From assembly GCA_051252075.1 (NCBI GenBank), contig JBPOFU010000002.1, positions 497 to 64,496 on the forward strand: a stretch of 64,000 bases of DNA, given 5' to 3'. Positions 1-10,787 of this stretch are shown one piece after another (the stretch's first letter is position 1; every line of letters starts with the position of its first letter). The translations under genes were made by a program, and so were the position numbers. This DNA is from Oceanococcus sp. Its GTDB lineage: Bacteria; Pseudomonadota; Gammaproteobacteria; Nevskiales; Oceanococcaceae. The notes below the pieces were generated by a model, which did not search any database, was not told the DNA's origin, and saw only the letters and a program-made list of their open reading frames with translations.

Positions 1-677
1 CCAGAAATAATCAGTGGCGTACGCGCCTCATCGATGAGTATGGAATCGACCTCATCAACAACCGCAAAATGCTGGCCACGCTGAACCCGCTCTTCGAGAC
101 GAAAAGCCATGTTGTCGCGCAGGTAATCAAAGCCAAATTCGTTATTGGTTCCATAGGTGATGTCTGCGGCGTAGGCCGCACGCTTTTGCTCAGAGTTTTG
201 GCCGTGCACCACCACGCCGGTGGTCAAGCCTAGAAATCCATACAAACGCCCCATCCAAGCCGAATCGCGAGTCGCTAGGTAATCGTTCACCGTAACAACA
301 TGTACACCCCTGCCTGACAAAGCATTCAGATACACCGCCAGTGTGGCGACTAAGGTTTTACCTTCCCCGGTGCGCATTTCTGCGATCTTGCCTTGATGCA
401 AGACAGTCGCGCCAATGAGCTGAACATCAAAATGGCGCATGCCGAGAACACGCTTACTCGCTTCGCGAATCACTGCGAAAGCTTCAGGTTTTAAAGCATC
501 AAGTTTTTCGCCGTCGGCTAGGCGTTTACGGAACTCATCCGTTTTCGCGGCGAGCGCTTCATCGCTAAGTTGGCTAATACTGTCTTCAAGCGCATTGGTT
601 TTATCTACAACAGGTTGAAGACGGCTTAACAGACGTTGATTTCGACTGCCAAAGACTTTGCTGAAAAAATTAGCCAT
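1..677 (-). CDS. secA: Preprotein translocase ATPase SecA, N-terminal part (runs off window start)
   Basis: Manual translation from ATG at 677: [17 protein letters not shown]...[29 protein letters not shown]...[12 protein letters not shown]...[16 protein letters not shown]...[21 protein letters not shown]. Not in the ORF track because it is truncated. Confidence 0.98.
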   Translation of the reverse strand, partial: MANFFSKVFGSRNQRLLSRLQPVVDKTNALEDSISQLSDEALAAKTDEFRKRLADGEKLDALKPEAFAVIREASKRVLGMRHFDVQLIGATVLHQGKIAEMRTGEGKTLVATLAVYLNALSGRGVHVVTVNDYLATRDSAWMGRLYGFLGLTTGVVVHGQNSEQKRAAYAADITYGTNNEFGFDYLRDNMAFRLEERVQRGQHFAVVDEVDSILIDEARTPLIIS

Positions 678-842
678 GGATCTCTTTGCAAAATAGCGCT
701 ACGGGCCCAACCCTTGAGCGGTCAGGCAAAAAGCGTAAATGATACTTGGTTTACGGCAACAGCCGAAACGCACACGCCATCAATGGGGCCATATACGACG
801 CTATTCAACACCCAAAACAAGAAGGGGGATGACGCCTAAGCC

Positions 843-1754
843 CTACTTTTTACTGACGTATTGATGCGGATTGATCCGCTGGCCGTCGACCAAGACTTCA
901 AAATGCACGTGGCTACCCGTTGCGCGACCTGAACGACCGACCAAAGCAATGGGCTGACCCTTAATAACGCGATCGCCGATACGCACCAGATTACGGCTAT
1001 TGTGCGCATAACGCGTGACGTAACCGTTGCCGTGGTTGACTTCGACAACTCGCCCATAACCACTACGTTTGCCGGCAAACGAGACAACGCCAGCGGCAAC
1101 CGTGTAAATATCAGTACCAAGCACTGCAGCAAAATCCACACCACCGTGGCGAGTTCGCCGACCGTTGAAAGGATCAATGCGCGTGCCAAACAAGGACGAA
1201 ATAAAGCCTTTTTTGACCGGCCAACCTGAAGGATACTGCTCAGAATGCAGTTGGCTAACCATCAGCAAATGTTCAAGGATGTCCAATTGGCGCTCTTTTA
1301 GCTCCAATTGCATGCCCAAATCGTCCAAAGCTTGGTGGCTGGGCGCGAGCAACTCATCGCCAGGCTGCACCGGACCACCAATAGCCGGCTCAGCATCAAA
1401 ACTAAATTCATCTTCGCTGATATGAGCAATTTCAGTTAATTTGCGACCAGCCGCATTCAAGCGCACAATTTCAGCCTGCATTTTTCCCAAACGTCGCGCA
1501 ATAGCGGCCTGATTCGCAGCCATTTCGCGGCGACTCACCGCTAAACGTTCGCGCTGCTGATCTAACTCCGGACGCACATCACGAATATGGTCCATGGATA
1601 GACCGCTGGCTTGCAATACCGGCGCACTGGCACGACCAACAGCAAAAGCAATCGCCGACACCACACACAGCACAAGCACAAGCCCCATCAAAAGCGCTCG
1701 CGAGGACAGGCTCACACCTTCCACTGAAATGTTCTTAACCGATACACTGGTCAT
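843..1754 (-). CDS. M23 family metallopeptidase with N-terminal TM and coiled coil
   Basis: HGGVD (HxxxD) and HVH motifs, YGRVVEVNHGNGYVTRYAHN. Start reassigned to ATG 1754 (MTSVSVK) after AGGAG. Usual position between DUF721 and secA. Confidence 0.9.
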   Translation of the reverse strand: MTSVSVKNISVEGVSLSSRALLMGLVLVLCVVSAIAFAVGRASAPVLQASGLSMDHIRDVRPELDQQRERLAVSRREMAANQAAIARRLGKMQAEIVRLNAAGRKLTEIAHISEDEFSFDAEPAIGGPVQPGDELLAPSHQALDDLGMQLELKERQLDILEHLLMVSQLHSEQYPSGWPVKKGFISSLFGTRIDPFNGRRTRHGGVDFAAVLGTDIYTVAAGVVSFAGKRSGYGRVVEVNHGNGYVTRYAHNSRNLVRIGDRVIKGQPIALVGRSGRATGSHVHFEVLVDGQRINPHQYVSKK

Positions 1755-1807
1755 GTTGTGACAGGCTCCTCCCCATCCATGGCTATGCCACCCAAAGGTC
1801 TCAAGCT

Positions 1808-2119
1808 TTGAGTCGCTACCAATTCTCAAATTTATCGCGCACCGCACTCACGGACATTTGGGCTCAGGTGAATCTGCACAATCAGATTCAGGCGCTCATC
1901 GAGTCGCGGCTGCCCAAAGCCTTTATCGGCCATGTCCAAGTCGCTTGTATCGACGGCGACAGTCTAGTGCTGTGCACCGACTCCCCCTTATGGTCATCCG
2001 ATCTACGTTACCGCAGTGCCCTCATACTAAAAAGCGTAAATTCTTGCTACCAACTGAAATTGCAACACTGCAAAATCCTAGTTCGCCCCAAAGCCTTTGC
2101 TATCAAACCGCCAGCGTAG
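1808..2119 (+). CDS. DciA/DUF721 family protein (replicative helicase loader-like)
   Basis: ~100 aa with [27 protein letters not shown] pattern. Opposite-strand position between lpxC and the M23/secA genes is typical of DUF721. Start (TTG) uncertain. Confidence 0.7.
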   Translation: MSRYQFSNLSRTALTDIWAQVNLHNQIQALIESRLPKAFIGHVQVACIDGDSLVLCTDSPLWSSDLRYRSALILKSVNSCYQLKLQHCKILVRPKAFAIKPPA

Positions 2120-3023
2120 CGGCCTGACCTGGGCTGTAATTCACTGGCGCTGAGTTCGGCTCTTCATAGGTCACCAACTCGAAAGCATTCGCATCGGCCA
2201 TTAGCGCCAAAGCCAATTGGTTATTCAATCCATGTCCCGATTTATAACCGGTGTAGGCACCCACGATGCCGTGCCCCATGAGATACAAATCGCCAATCGC
2301 ATCCAGTATTTTGTGACGTACGAATTCGTCTTCGTAACGCAGGCCGTCTTCGTTTAGAACGCGGTAATCATCCAGCACAATGGCATTGTCTAGACTGCCA
2401 CCCAGTGCCAAATTGTGTGATCGCAAGTATTCGATGTCGCGCATGAAACCAAAAGTGCGCGCACGGCTGACCTCACGCACATAACTGGTGCTGCCAAAAT
2501 CGATGCTCGCAGTCTGTACCCCATCTGAAAATACGGGGTGATCGAATTCAATGGCGAAGTCGACTTTGAAACCTTCATAGGGTTCAAAACGCGCCCATTT
2601 ATCTCCATCACTCACGGTGATGGGGTTCTTAATGCGAATCATGCGCTTAGGCGCTTCTTGCTCGGCAATACCGGCCGATTGAATCAAGAACACAAAAGGA
2701 CCTGCACTACCGTCCATAATCGGTACTTCAGGGGAGGACAATTCAACGATGACGTTATCCACACCCAAACCGGCCAGAGCCGACATCAAATGCTCGATGG
2801 TTGCGACGCGAACGCCGTCTTGATCCAGCGCAGTACACAAGGTGGTGTCTTTCACCAAAGCTGCTGCCGCAGACACATCGACAACAGGACTGAGGTCCAT
2901 GCGTCTAAACACGACACCGGTATTAATGGGTGCCGGCCTAAGATGCAAAGACACTTTGTCACCCGAGTGCAGACCCACGCCAGTAGCGCGAATGTCACTT
3001 TGTAATGTGCGTTGTCTTAACAT
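2103..3023 (-). CDS. lpxC: UDP-3-O-acyl-N-acetylglucosamine deacetylase
   Basis: RQRTL...[40 protein letters not shown] motifs. Confidence 0.99.
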   Translation of the reverse strand: MLRQRTLQSDIRATGVGLHSGDKVSLHLRPAPINTGVVFRRMDLSPVVDVSAAAALVKDTTLCTALDQDGVRVATIEHLMSALAGLGVDNVIVELSSPEVPIMDGSAGPFVFLIQSAGIAEQEAPKRMIRIKNPITVSDGDKWARFEPYEGFKVDFAIEFDHPVFSDGVQTASIDFGSTSYVREVSRARTFGFMRDIEYLRSHNLALGGSLDNAIVLDDYRVLNEDGLRYEDEFVRHKILDAIGDLYLMGHGIVGAYTGYKSGHGLNNQLALALMADANAFELVTYEEPNSAPVNYSPGQAATLAV

Positions 3024-3190
3024 TCCTGTCTCCTAATGCAGCCTCATCCTGAGTGCTGCTTGCGTTCTAAATGACGCGCAACGAAGGGATTTGGTTTCGA
3101 TTATATTACATATTTTTATGTTGCGTCGCAACAATATGCAACTTTTATCCTGAGCATCAACGACTTGCAAGAACAAGCTAAGGCAAATAC

Positions 3191-3225
3191 AAAAAAGCCC
3201 GACCCACTCGTCAGTGGGCCGGGCT
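3191..3225 (-). terminator. Rho-independent terminator after ftsZ
   Basis: Minus strand AGCCCGGCCCACT-gacg-AGTGGGTCGGGCT followed by a T run. Confidence 0.85.
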
Positions 3226-3247
3226 GAAACTAGCAGCTAAATTCGAT

Positions 3248-4444
3248 TTAGTCAGCTTGTGTACGCAAGAATGCAGGCACGTCCAACCAATCATCGTTGC
3301 GCAAGCTAGGGGCCGCATTGCCATGATCCATACTACGACCACCGGCAGCAGCACGCTTAGGCACAGACACTTTGCTCAAATCCTCCAAACCGGCATCCGT
3401 AGCCGTTGGCTTGGCCGCTTGCTTAATCGAAGTGACCCGTGTGGTTGTCGTTGCAGCAGGTTCAGGCAGCACTTTCTTCAGCTGCGAATCCAGACCAGTT
3501 GCCACCACGGTTACCCGTAAACCTTCACCACAATCGCCGTCTTCGACAGTACCAACAATCACTTCCGCAGACTGAGATGCTGCCTCCGTCATCAGCTCCA
3601 TAACTTGCGTGTATTCATCGATAGTCAAGTTGGCACCAGTGACATTCACCAGCAAACCTTCTGCACCTTGTATCGACAGTTCTTCCAGCAGCGGACAGGA
3701 CAGTGCGGCTTGAGCGGCTTCTTTAGCGCGATCTTCACCCTTGCCAGTGCCGATACCAATCATCGCCATGCCCTGAACACCCATCACTTTTTTCACGTCA
3801 GCGAAATCAACGTTCATTTCACCTTCGCAGTTAATGATTTCGGCAATACCCTGCACCGCGTTATGCAGCACATCATTGGACGCGGTAAATGCGTCTTTCA
3901 TTGATACGCCCTTACCCAAAACAGGCAACAAGCGCTCATTCGGGATGACGATCAAAGAATGCACGTGCTTATTCAGTTCATCGATACCGTGCTTAGCAAC
4001 GGTCATACGTTTCGCACGCTCGAACTGGAATGGCTTGGTCACGACAGCAACAGTCAGTATGCCCATTTCCCGCGCAATTTCAGCAACGACAGGCGCTGCA
4101 CCTGTGCCAGTACCACCACCCATACCTGCGGTGATAAACAGCATGTCTGTGCCTTCGATCAGCTCGATGATGCGATCGCGATCTTCTAAAGCTGCCTGAC
4201 GACCCACATTTGGATCTGCGCCAGCTCCTAAACCGCGGGTGATTTGCTGACCAATCGGCAACAACACATCCGCATTACAACGACGCAAATGCTGTGCATC
4301 GGTATTGGCGCAGATGAATTCAACACCTTTAATTCCTGCTGCCACCATTTGGTTAACTGTGTTGCTGCCGCCACCACCAACGCCAACCACTTTGATAACC
4401 GCTTCTTTGGTTTGAGTTTCCATTACTTCAAACACTTCACCCAT
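3248..4444 (-). CDS. ftsZ: Cell division protein FtsZ
   Basis: IKVVGVGGGGSN, GMGGGTGTGAAP, NVDFADV, C-terminal LDVPAFLRTQAD. Confidence 0.99.
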   Translation of the reverse strand: MGEVFEVMETQTKEAVIKVVGVGGGGSNTVNQMVAAGIKGVEFICANTDAQHLRRCNADVLLPIGQQITRGLGAGADPNVGRQAALEDRDRIIELIEGTDMLFITAGMGGGTGTGAAPVVAEIAREMGILTVAVVTKPFQFERAKRMTVAKHGIDELNKHVHSLIVIPNERLLPVLGKGVSMKDAFTASNDVLHNAVQGIAEIINCEGEMNVDFADVKKVMGVQGMAMIGIGTGKGEDRAKEAAQAALSCPLLEELSIQGAEGLLVNVTGANLTIDEYTQVMELMTEAASQSAEVIVGTVEDGDCGEGLRVTVVATGLDSQLKKVLPEPAATTTTRVTSIKQAAKPTATDAGLEDLSKVSVPKRAAAGGRSMDHGNAAPSLRNDDWLDVPAFLRTQAD

Positions 4445-4480
4445 GATTAATCTCCTCGATTAAAAATTAAATTCAAAAAA

Positions 4481-5716
4481 TTAAAAATTGCCTTGAAACC
4501 AGCTTTTCATTCGCGCCAACATCTGTGCAAAACCTGAATCCCCGCCCTTACCTGGTACTTGCGGTTGGCTTTGCGCCCCATACCGCAACAGACCCACTCC
4601 GGTGGCATGCCCAGGATTGCTTGCCACGTCTGATAACCCTTGCACCTCATACGGCAACCCCAGCCGCACCGGCACCTCAAAAATTTCTTCGGCCAATTCC
4701 ACCGCTCCGCGCAGTTGGGAACTGCCGCCAGTCAAAACCACACCACCCGCGGGCATGGTGTCGAAACCACCCCGACGCACCTCACGCAGAATCAAGCGAA
4801 ATAGCTCATCCATGCGTGCTCGTATCACTTCCGTGAGTACGTGTTTAGACATGCTGCGATTGGGACGATCGCCCACCTCGCTGACATCAATCATTTCCTC
4901 GCCTTCTATCAATTCAGGCAAAGCGCAGCCGTGCTTAATCTTGATTTCGTCGGCATGTTTGGGTGGAGCACGCAGTGCCACCGCAATGTCATTAGAGACA
5001 TGATCGCCACCAATGGGGATTACCGCGGTGTGACGAATCGCCCCATGCTCAAAAACCGCGATATCCGATGTGCCACCGCCGATATCAATGAGGCAGACAC
5101 CGAGTTCTTTTTCGTCTTCCAACAGCACCGCGTAGCTAGAAGCCAGCTGCTCCAAGATCAATTTGTCAGCTTGTAACCCACAGCGTTCTATGCATTTTTT
5201 GATGTTTTGTGCGGCACTGACGCTGCCGGTGATCATGTGCACACGCACTTCCAAACGCACACCGGACATACCGATAGGCTCGGTGATGCCACCTTGATCA
5301 TCCACGATGAATTCTTGAGGCAACACGTGCAGTAACTCTTGATCAGCAGGTATCGCTACAGCGCAAGCCGCGTCTATCACCCGATCGACATCGTGCTGTG
5401 TCACTTCACGGCTGCGCACCGCCACGATGCCATTGGAGTTCAAGCTGCGAACATGACTGCCTGAAATCCCAGCAAAGACGGATTGAATGCGGCAACCGGC
5501 CATCAATTCCGCTTCCTCTACAGCGCGTTTAATGGATTTCACCGTGGCCTCGATATTGACCACTACACCTTTCTTCAAACCACGTGAAGGGTGCATCCCG
5601 AAGCCAACGACATTAACCTCGCCATGACTGCTCACTTCACCAACTATGGCAGCGATTTTTGATGTCCCTACATCCAATCCAACGATCAGACCACTGCGGT
5701 CGCTACGTTTGGTCAT
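4481..5716 (-). CDS. ftsA: Cell division protein FtsA
   Basis: GLDVGTSKI, GMSGVRLE, DIGGGTSD, LTGGSSQL, C-terminal amphipathic MKSWFQGNF. Start set at ATG 5716 overlapping the ftsQ stop. Confidence 0.98.
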   Translation of the reverse strand: MTKRSDRSGLIVGLDVGTSKIAAIVGEVSSHGEVNVVGFGMHPSRGLKKGVVVNIEATVKSIKRAVEEAELMAGCRIQSVFAGISGSHVRSLNSNGIVAVRSREVTQHDVDRVIDAACAVAIPADQELLHVLPQEFIVDDQGGITEPIGMSGVRLEVRVHMITGSVSAAQNIKKCIERCGLQADKLILEQLASSYAVLLEDEKELGVCLIDIGGGTSDIAVFEHGAIRHTAVIPIGGDHVSNDIAVALRAPPKHADEIKIKHGCALPELIEGEEMIDVSEVGDRPNRSMSKHVLTEVIRARMDELFRLILREVRRGGFDTMPAGGVVLTGGSSQLRGAVELAEEIFEVPVRLGLPYEVQGLSDVASNPGHATGVGLLRYGAQSQPQVPGKGGDSGFAQMLARMKSWFQGNF

Positions 5717-6450
5717 TGCTTTTCTTCCTTGGCCAATGCGGCCGCTGTCCAACGCACCGCAAAGCCATTGCGATATCTCAAATCCACAGCTTCTACGTCA
5801 GCAAGCCGAGATTGAATCGCTGGCAAGACCACGTCTGCCAGCAAGGTAAATTTCTCAGCCACCGGAGCGCGGCCAAACTCCAGCACCAGGTGCTGCTGAC
5901 CCAAGCTGACTTCCGCACGCCGATCACCGGTTTCCGAGACTTGCCACTTGCTGAGTAACCAGCCCACTGGCAAACGTGGAACTACAACTTGCAGATCAGC
6001 GAACACAGCAGCGGCTTGAGATTCAGGCCCTTCGATGAGCAAAATTGACGGCGGGCGCTGCTGCGGCCAAATCAAACCTCCGCTCTGGGTCAAAACTGCA
6101 TCGTCACCCCAATTGGCAACCGCGACGTGGCCAGCAACGTGAACGGCAAGGCGATCCGGCCATAAGCGCTGCACCTGCACATCACGCACCCAAGGCAATT
6201 CCTGTAACCGCTGTTCAAGCAGCCCCGTTTCAGTCTGGAAAAAGCCGCCGACCAAGTAAGGCATCACGGCTTCGCGAATATCTTGCGGATCGGTTTGCCC
6301 TAAGTCGCCATATACATCCATCTGCATCGGCAACTTTGCGGAATTGGCCAAACCGGCTCCAATCAAGCCCGCAACCAGCAGGGCAACACCCGCACCAACG
6401 CCATAATCAAAAGTGGGCAAAGATTTAGTCATCAGGACTTGGGCGCTCAT
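5713..6450 (-). CDS. ftsQ: Cell division protein FtsQ/DivIB
   Basis: TM followed by POTRA-like LPWVRDVQVQRLWPDRL and C-terminal VDLRYRNGFAVRW. Lies between ddl and ftsA. Confidence 0.92.
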   Translation of the reverse strand: MSAQVLMTKSLPTFDYGVGAGVALLVAGLIGAGLANSAKLPMQMDVYGDLGQTDPQDIREAVMPYLVGGFFQTETGLLEQRLQELPWVRDVQVQRLWPDRLAVHVAGHVAVANWGDDAVLTQSGGLIWPQQRPPSILLIEGPESQAAAVFADLQVVVPRLPVGWLLSKWQVSETGDRRAEVSLGQQHLVLEFGRAPVAEKFTLLADVVLPAIQSRLADVEAVDLRYRNGFAVRWTAAALAKEEKQ

Positions 6451-7376
6451 GCCCCCTCCTTGCAACTGGTGAGCAGAATGTTCCAAATCAGCTGCTCGAA
6501 ACTCATGCCGGCAGCTCGTGCCGCCATAGGCACTAAGGAATGCGTGGTCAAACCCGGCACGGTATTAATTTCCAGCAGCCAAAGTTTGCCTTGCTCGTCG
6601 ATAAAGAAATCAACTCGTCCCCAACCATTCACTTCTACGGCGGAAAAGGCCTGCAATGCCAATTGCTGACAGGCTTCCTCTTGCTCGCTAGAGAGGCCGC
6701 ACGGACAGAAATAACCGGTGTCTTCGGATTGGTATTTAGCGTGATAGTCGTAAAAATCCGCCTGAGGCTCGACACGGACAATGGGCAAGGCCACACCATT
6801 CAACACGGCAGCGGTGTACTCACGCCCTTGTATGTATTGCTCGGCTAGAACTTGCGCATCAAATTTGGCCGCGGCCTGCCAAGCAACCAACAGTTGATCC
6901 GCCTGTGTCACCTTGCTCATACCGATGCTGGAACCTTCGCTGGCCGGTTTCACAAAAATCGGCAAACCCAAGTCAGCGATCACTGCGTCAGCATCAAAAC
7001 CCGCTGCTAGCACCAAACTGGCCGGTGTGGGCAAGCCACTGGATTGCCACACTTTTTTGGTTTGAACCTTATTCATAGCCAAGGCTGACGCCGCCATGCC
7101 GCAGCCGGTGTACGGCAGTTGCTGCAACTCCAAGGCCGCCTGTACTTGGCCGTCTTCGCCACCACGACCGTGCAATGCAATGAACACACGATCAAAGCCT
7201 GCGGCAGCCAGACTCAGAACATTGTTCGGAGTGGCATCAAGCAACTCAGCATTCACGCTCAAACTCTGCAACGCGGCATGTGCTTGTGCTCCGCTTTGCA
7301 GAGACACTTCACGCTCGGCAGACCAGCCGCCATACAACACCGCAACACGCCCCATATCTGGTGCCGTTATGCTCAT
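6447..7376 (-). CDS. ddl: D-alanine--D-alanine ligase
   Basis: GGWSAEREVSLQSG, LHGRGGEDG, FYDYHAKY, GRVDF, LEINTVPGLT. Confidence 0.98.
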   Translation of the reverse strand: MSITAPDMGRVAVLYGGWSAEREVSLQSGAQAHAALQSLSVNAELLDATPNNVLSLAAAGFDRVFIALHGRGGEDGQVQAALELQQLPYTGCGMAASALAMNKVQTKKVWQSSGLPTPASLVLAAGFDADAVIADLGLPIFVKPASEGSSIGMSKVTQADQLLVAWQAAAKFDAQVLAEQYIQGREYTAAVLNGVALPIVRVEPQADFYDYHAKYQSEDTGYFCPCGLSSEQEEACQQLALQAFSAVEVNGWGRVDFFIDEQGKLWLLEINTVPGLTTHSLVPMAARAAGMSFEQLIWNILLTSCKEGA

Positions 7377-8254
7377 TGCAAGGCCTCCCCTACAACACGC
7401 ACTTCAGGACATAAACGCACGCCGTGTTGGCGCTCAACCTCATCACCGACATGAGCGATTAAGGATTCGATATCCGCCGCACTGGCAGCGCCGGTGTTCA
7501 ATATGAAATTGGCATGCTTTTCTGCGACGCAAGCACCGCCAATGCTGAAGCCCTTTAAACCGCAGGCTTCAATCAAACGTGCAGCGTGATCGCCGGGCGG
7601 ATTGCGGAAAACCGAACCACAACTGGGCTGACCCACGGGCTGACTGGCGCGACGGCTGCGTAACAGCTGTTTAACTTTGTCCGCCTCTTGTTCGGCATCG
7701 CCCAATTCAAATGCCAATTCAGCAGATACAAAAAGCCCACCCGCGATCGGCATCTCTACCGAACGGTAGGCGTACTGGAATTCAGAGGCAGACAAGCTGA
7801 CAACTTCGCCCTGCCCATTCAGCATTTCGACGCGGCGTACATGCGGCCAGGTTTCGTCACCGAAAGCACCTGCATTCATGCTCAGCGCACCACCCAGCGT
7901 TCCGGGTATGCCCGCGAAGAAAGAGCCTCCGGCCAACCCATGCTGAGCACAAAATTTCGCCAGACGGGCGCAATGCGCTCCAGCCTCTACATAAACCGCG
8001 TGATCCTGCCGCAATTCGATTTGAGCCAGCGCATCATACAAAGTCACTGCAGCGCCGCGGATACCGCCATCGCGTACCAACAAGTTGCTACCCAAACCCA
8101 GCCACAGCACGTCGCCGTTATGAGTCGACAAAAACGCCTGTAGATCTTGCCGGTCTTGTGGCCGGTACCAAATATCGGCCGGCCCACCAACACGCCAGCT
8201 GGTGTGCTTGCTCATGGGCTCGTTGCGCCGCAGTTCGCCTTGCAAGGTGTTCAT
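7373..8254 (-). CDS. murB: UDP-N-acetylenolpyruvoylglucosamine reductase
   Basis: HTSWRVGGPA, GLGSNLLVRD, GIPGTLGGALSMNAGA, GSVFRNP, EKHANFILN. Confidence 0.98.
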   Translation of the reverse strand: MNTLQGELRRNEPMSKHTSWRVGGPADIWYRPQDRQDLQAFLSTHNGDVLWLGLGSNLLVRDGGIRGAAVTLYDALAQIELRQDHAVYVEAGAHCARLAKFCAQHGLAGGSFFAGIPGTLGGALSMNAGAFGDETWPHVRRVEMLNGQGEVVSLSASEFQYAYRSVEMPIAGGLFVSAELAFELGDAEQEADKVKQLLRSRRASQPVGQPSCGSVFRNPPGDHAARLIEACGLKGFSIGGACVAEKHANFILNTGAASAADIESLIAHVGDEVERQHGVRLCPEVRVVGEALQ

Positions 8255-9690
8255 GCATCCACCCCCGGCAATCCATCACGGATCAAGCCTTGCGCAAAGT
8301 GGCCGATATTTCCGGCCCCTAAAGTGAGCAACAAATCACCATCGTTCAATACGCTGGCCAAACGATTGGATAGCTCAGAAAGCTCGGCCACAAAAATGGG
8401 TTCGACGTCACCACGCAAGCGCACAGCACGCGCCAAACTACGCCCATCGGCCCCGGGCAGAGGTGCTTCGCCAGCGGCATACACTTCTGTGAGCAGCAAT
8501 ACATCCGCTTCACCCAGAACTTCGGCGAAATCGTCCAGCAAATCACGGGTACGGCTGTAGCGATGCGGCTGAAATGCCACTACCAAACGGCGCTCAGGCC
8601 AAGCATGACGCATGGCTTGCAAAGTGCAGGCAACTTCGCGTGGGTGATGACCATAATCATCGACGACATAGACGCTGCCTTGTTTTAGCGGCAAGTCACC
8701 CAACTGCTCTGCACGTCGGCCGATACCGGCAAATTGGTCTAAAGACGATTGAATGGCTTCAGGGCTGACATCCAATTCACGTGCAATGGCAATCGCGGCC
8801 AGTGCATTGAGCACATTGTGCGGCCCTGGCAAATTCAGCCGTATGGAGAAATCCTGATCACTGGCGCCAACCACTTTAAAGCGTGTGCCGCCGGAGTCCG
8901 TTTTCAAATCCACCGCGCGTATGTCTGCAGCGCTATCGATGCCGTAACTCACCACTGGACGCCCCACTTGCGGAATGAGGCGCTGCAAATTGAGGTCGTC
9001 CGCACACAACACGGCCAAGCCATAAAACGGCAAGAAGTGAAGAAACTCTACGAAGGCATCACACAAGCGTGAGAAGTCGCCGCCATAGGTTTCCATGTGG
9101 TCATGGTCAATATTGGTGACCGCAGCGATCATCGGCGTCAGATGCAAAAATGAGGCATCGGATTCGTCCGCTTCTGCCACCAAATAAGGCCCCGCGCCTA
9201 GACGCGCATTGCTACCGGAGCTTTTTACTAAGCCACCAACCACGTAGGTCGGATCAAGTCCGCCTGCGGCCAATACGGCTGCCGTCAAGCTAGTCGTGGT
9301 GGTTTTACCATGGGTTCCAGCAATGGCAATACCGATACGAAAACGCATCAGCTCAGCCAGCATCTCGGCCCGGCGAATCACAGGGATTCTTGCAGCCTGT
9401 GCCGCCACAATCTCGGGATTGTCATTGGCAATGGCAGTAGAACGCACCACCACATCCGCACCAACGATAGCTTGCGCGCTATGGCCTTGAATGACCCGTG
9501 CGCCCAAAGCAACCAATCGACGCGTCACATCGGTATCGCCCAGATCCGTACCGGACACTTGATAGCCCAAGTTGATCAGCACTTCCGCGATGCCAGCCAT
9601 GCCAGAACCACCAATGCCGACAAAGTGAATCGCACGCACTTTGCCCATACGGGTCACGAGCATTTGCTTGAGGCCGTCTGCATCGATCAT
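8251..9690 (-). CDS. murC: UDP-N-acetylmuramate--L-alanine ligase
   Basis: HFVGIGGSGMAGIA, GTHGKTTTTS, EADESD, DDYGHHP, FQPHRYSRT. Start set at ATG 9690 overlapping the murG stop. Confidence 0.97.
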   Translation of the reverse strand: MIDADGLKQMLVTRMGKVRAIHFVGIGGSGMAGIAEVLINLGYQVSGTDLGDTDVTRRLVALGARVIQGHSAQAIVGADVVVRSTAIANDNPEIVAAQAARIPVIRRAEMLAELMRFRIGIAIAGTHGKTTTTSLTAAVLAAGGLDPTYVVGGLVKSSGSNARLGAGPYLVAEADESDASFLHLTPMIAAVTNIDHDHMETYGGDFSRLCDAFVEFLHFLPFYGLAVLCADDLNLQRLIPQVGRPVVSYGIDSAADIRAVDLKTDSGGTRFKVVGASDQDFSIRLNLPGPHNVLNALAAIAIARELDVSPEAIQSSLDQFAGIGRRAEQLGDLPLKQGSVYVVDDYGHHPREVACTLQAMRHAWPERRLVVAFQPHRYSRTRDLLDDFAEVLGEADVLLLTEVYAAGEAPLPGADGRSLARAVRLRGDVEPIFVAELSELSNRLASVLNDGDLLLTLGAGNIGHFAQGLIRDGLPGVDA

Positions 9691-10787
9691 GCAGCACCTC
9701 CCGTTGTCGGGTTTAGCGCCAAGCCGAGATGAGGCCGGCATTGGTCAGCTATCACTTGAGTGGCATTTGGTTGGCCACACTTACGCGCTGCAGCAGCCAT
9801 ATCTCGTAGGCGCTGCGGCTGATCAATAAGGCCCTGAACAGCATCCTTCAGTGATTGCGCGGTCAACTGCGCTTCTGGCAACAAGATGGCTGCATGGGCT
9901 TGCACCAAATGCTCAGCATTGCGCGTTTGATGATCATCAATGGCATGCGGGAAGGGCACCAAAATACTCGCCACGCCGACACAGGCGACTTCAGCCAAGG
10001 TCAGCGCACCGGCGCGGCAAATCAGCAAATCGGCCCAAGCCAATGCTTGCGCCATATCATCGATGAATTCGACCAACTCCAGGCCAGCGGGCATTTCGGC
10101 ACCGCTATTCAGCCAGGCCTGTTGGGCCGTAGCCAGCGTGCGACCGGCCTGATGACGCACTTCGATCTGCGTCATCAAACCAGTCAACGCCGCTGGCACG
10201 GTTCGGTTCAGTGACAGCGCACCTAAGCTGCCACCGAGTATGAGAATGCGTGGTTTTTCATGCCTTGCTATACCGCGCTGCTGCGGCTGCGCGATTTGGG
10301 TCAAGGCTGCACGCACTGGGTTGCCTACGGTCATTGCACGCGCGCCAAAAGCCTCTGGGTAGGCTTGCAGAACTTGCGTGGCCACTCGAGACAACAAGCG
10401 ATTGGTCGTTCCAGCCGCTGCATTCTGCTCATGAATGATCAAAGGGATACGCAGCAACCAAGCCGCCAATCCACCTGGCCCTGCGGCATAGCCGCCCATA
10501 CCCAAAACCAAGCGTGGTTGGTAGCGGCGCAAAATCCGGATGGATTGCCAAACCGCGCGCAGTATCTGCAGCGGTGCCGCCAATAGGGTCGTCAGGCCCT
10601 TGCCCCGCACCCCAGCGACATCTATCCATGCCATTTCTATGCCTGCGGCGGGCATAGCCTTGGCTTCAAAGCCATTGCGTGTGCCCATCCACAACACATC
10701 GACGCCCTGCTCACGCAGCATCTGCGCTACTGCTAAAGCCGGAAACACGTGCCCGCCGGTGCCACCGGCCATCACTAAGAGTTTCAT
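9687..10787 (-). CDS. murG: Undecaprenyl-PP-MurNAc-pentapeptide GlcNAc transferase
   Basis: MAGGTGGHVFP, HEQN, GNPVR, GGSLGA, RAGALT, DDHQTRNA. Start at ATG 10787. Confidence 0.98.
   Translation of the reverse strand: MKLLVMAGGTGGHVFPALAVAQMLREQGVDVLWMGTRNGFEAKAMPAAGIEMAWIDVAGVRGKGLTTLLAAPLQILRAVWQSIRILRRYQPRLVLGMGGYAAGPGGLAAWLLRIPLIIHEQNAAAGTTNRLLSRVATQVLQAYPEAFGARAMTVGNPVRAALTQIAQPQQRGIARHEKPRILILGGSLGALSLNRTVPAALTGLMTQIEVRHQAGRTLATAQQAWLNSGAEMPAGLELVEFIDDMAQALAWADLLICRAGALTLAEVACVGVASILVPFPHAIDDHQTRNAEHLVQAHAAILLPEAQLTAQSLKDAVQGLIDQPQRLRDMAAAARKCGQPNATQVIADQCRPHLGLALNPTTGGAA

Noticed and set aside
4445-4495. AT-rich quasi-repeat (ttaaaaatt) at the ftsA-ftsZ junction
   Set aside because: Short low-complexity spacer upstream of an RBS; no array structure.
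7373-8254. murB inside the dcw cluster
   Set aside because: Differs from E. coli but is common in many Proteobacteria; not novel.
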